From NCBI GenBank assembly GCA_049970055.1, contig JBMFNR010000001.1, forward strand, positions 384,001-448,000: a stretch of 64,000 nt of DNA, given 5' to 3'. Positions 61,954 to 64,000 of this stretch are shown here, piece after piece. The notes under the pieces were generated by a model, which was given only the letters and a program-made list of their open reading frames with translations, ran no database searches and was not told the origin of the DNA. A program made the translations under genes and the position numbers. Position 1 is the first letter of the stretch. Every line of letters starts with the position of its first letter. This DNA is from Fervidobacterium sp. (lineage in GTDB: Bacteria; Thermotogota; Thermotogae; Thermotogales; Fervidobacteriaceae).

Positions 61954-63639
61954 TTAAGAGTTTCTGAGGTTATATAGTTCACTTAACAAACTTTCAGCGG
62001 CCCTCTTTCCAATTAATTGTTCGATTTCCACTCTTGACACAGACAAAATTTCCTCAACAGAAGTGTAACGTTCCAGTAGTAATCTCTTACGCTTCGGTCC
62101 TATCCATTTAATTTCGTCCAAAAAACTCCTGAGAGACCTCTTCGTTGAAATTTTTCTTGTAAACTCATTAGCTACACGGTGCGTTTCATCTCTTATCCGA
62201 ACTAGCAGTCTCAAAACTGGATGTTCACATGGAAGTTTGATTTCGCCATGCTTTGTTACAATTATCTCTTCTTTCTTTGCAAGACCAACAACGTCACAAC
62301 TTTTACCTATCTCACTTAGTGCTTCGTACACAGCATTTACTTGTCCAATTCCACCATCTACGAAAATCAAGTCTGGAAGTTCATGTTTTGTGTAACGTCT
62401 CTTTATTACTTTTCTGATACTCTCAAAATCGTCCAATATATCACCCAGTTTATACCTTCTGTACTCATCCTTTTTAACATCACCATTTTCAAAGACTATG
62501 AGTGACGCTGTCGTACTTTTTCCAGCCATGTGAGAAATATCTATTCCTTCTATACGATTCGGTAGCTTAGATAAGCCGAGTAATTCTTTCATCTGTTTAA
62601 GAGTATTTTTGTTTGATACGATCAGTCCGATTTCATAGTTTAGATTGTCTATGGCCTTATTCAAAAGCCGCTTTTCAACATCTGAACTTGCTTGAGTTAT
62701 CTGAATATTCATTATCTTTTCAAACTCTTTCAGTTCTTTGGTTAACCTTTCAACAATAATTTTTTCGGGTATGTCTATGTTATTTCTAATGTAAAATAAC
62801 TCGACAAATTCTTCGATTGTACCATCGTATTCGTAAACTAGCTTTGAAATTAAGTATCCGGAACGAATTTTAAAGACCAAGTAGGTATTATGTTTTCCAA
62901 CAAGTACATCGAGATTGACGGACTCTGTAAGAACAACACCTTGTGTTTCTATGACTTTATTGAAATTAAGCAAAATGTCTCTATACTTTGCTGCATTTTC
63001 AAAATCTAACAAATTCGCATGTTTTTCCATTTTCGACTTCACGTACGATATAACCTGTGAAAAATCGCCTTTTAGCACACTCTTGAGATTGTCAATTCTT
63101 TCATTATACTCTTTGATGCTCTCTTGTCTCACACAAATACCTAAACAGAGTCCAAGGTGGTAATCCATACAAGGCTTTTTTAAATTCGATATATTCTTTT
63201 TGCAAGTTCTGAATTTGTACACTTTCCTCAATACTTCAAAAAGCTGGCGTGTAAAGTGGACATTCGTGAAAGGACCGTAGAAGAGCCCAGTTCCTTTTCG
63301 GCTTCTCACTATTTCAACGTAAGGTACTTCATCGTTGCTAATTCGTATGTAAGGATACACTTGCGTATCTTTCAATAAGGCGTTGTACTTTGGTTTGTAT
63401 TCAAATATCATATTAGCTTCCAATATAAGAGCTTCTTTTTCATTTTCAAGTAAAACAACCTGAATGTCGTCGGCCTCTTCCACAATTAACTTGCTTTTCC
63501 CTTCTTTAGCTTTAAAATGTGATGTCAGACGTTTTCGTAAGTCTTTTGCTTTTCCGATATATATAAAATCTTGTCCTTTTTTAAAAATATAAACTCCAGG
63601 TTTATGAGGTATGTTGTCAAGCATTTCTATCGAAAGCAT
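61954..63639 (-). CDS. uvrC: Excinuclease ABC subunit C
   Basis: GIY-YIG (PGVY, YIGKAKDLRKR), Cys cluster, DISH, PDLIFVDGG, RDETHR, HhH. Confidence 0.96.
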   Translation of the reverse strand: MLSIEMLDNIPHKPGVYIFKKGQDFIYIGKAKDLRKRLTSHFKAKEGKSKLIVEEADDIQVVLLENEKEALILEANMIFEYKPKYNALLKDTQVYPYIRISNDEVPYVEIVRSRKGTGLFYGPFTNVHFTRQLFEVLRKVYKFRTCKKNISNLKKPCMDYHLGLCLGICVRQESIKEYNERIDNLKSVLKGDFSQVISYVKSKMEKHANLLDFENAAKYRDILLNFNKVIETQGVVLTESVNLDVLVGKHNTYLVFKIRSGYLISKLVYEYDGTIEEFVELFYIRNNIDIPEKIIVERLTKELKEFEKIMNIQITQASSDVEKRLLNKAIDNLNYEIGLIVSNKNTLKQMKELLGLSKLPNRIEGIDISHMAGKSTTASLIVFENGDVKKDEYRRYKLGDILDDFESIRKVIKRRYTKHELPDLIFVDGGIGQVNAVYEALSEIGKSCDVVGLAKKEEIIVTKHGEIKLPCEHPVLRLLVRIRDETHRVANEFTRKISTKRSLRSFLDEIKWIGPKRKRLLLERYTSVEEILSVSRVEIEQLIGKRAAESLLSELYNLRNS

Positions 63640-63759
63640 ATTCTACCTCCTGTACAAAAATTAACTTTATCTTCATAAGATATTGCTTGATTTTTCGCGA
63701 GAATAACTATAAACTACTTTTGTATTTTTGTTGTATTTCTCAAAAGTGGAGGTGCCAAC

Positions 63760-64000
63760 ATGCCTGAGAAGTATATTGTTGTGACAGGTGGTGTTTTAAG
63801 TGGGATCGGAAAAGGAATATTCTCTGCTTCACTAGCCCGAGTGCTTAAGGAAGTAGGAGTTGACATAAATGTATTAAAAATTGACCCGTATTTAAACGTG
63901 GATGCTGGTACAATGAATCCAAACCAACATGGCGAAGTCTTTGTTACCGACGATGGTTACGAAGCCGATCTTGATCTTGGACACTACGAACGGTTTTTGG
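63760..64000 (+). CDS. pyrG: CTP synthase, 5' part (runs off the window edge)
   Basis: Manual translation: [19 protein letters not shown]...[37 protein letters not shown]. Confidence 0.97.
   Translation, partial: MPEKYIVVTGGVLSGIGKGIFSASLARVLKEVGVDINVLKIDPYLNVDAGTMNPNQHGEVFVTDDGYEADLDLGHYERFL

Overview
AT-rich bacterial chromosome segment, mostly housekeeping genes. Protein style, the atypical DnaA domain IV and the dnaA-ferredoxin order suggest Thermotogota, probably Fervidobacterium-like (inference). The left arm is all minus strand: rpoB 5' part, rplL, rplJ with an L10 leader, ftsI-like, ftsL-like, rsmH, arcC, ptb and dppA. A repeat-rich non-coding gap before dnaA is a candidate oriC. Then follow ferredoxin, a BMP-type nucleoside ABC operon, HU, pgeF, a PatB-GNAT fusion operon, a degenerate S41 protein with a PAS-PP2C, guaA, rsmE and malK with an orphan Phd protein. 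The right half has a radical SAM-TetR-MFS unit, rpmE, an H-NOX chemoreceptor, a maf/radC/PIN-nuclease/DegT cluster, rnr-ligA-ispD, a decayed ABC-2 remnant, oppBCDF, uvrC and the start of pyrG. I saw no CRISPR array, rRNA, tRNA, transposase or prophage. The best leads are the radical SAM unit (possible membrane-spanning lipid synthase), the candidate non-canonical oriC, the orphan Phd regulator with a perfect 20-bp palindrome, the PatB-GNAT fusion and the ptb-carbamate kinase pairing. All calls come from reading motifs by eye; no searches were run.
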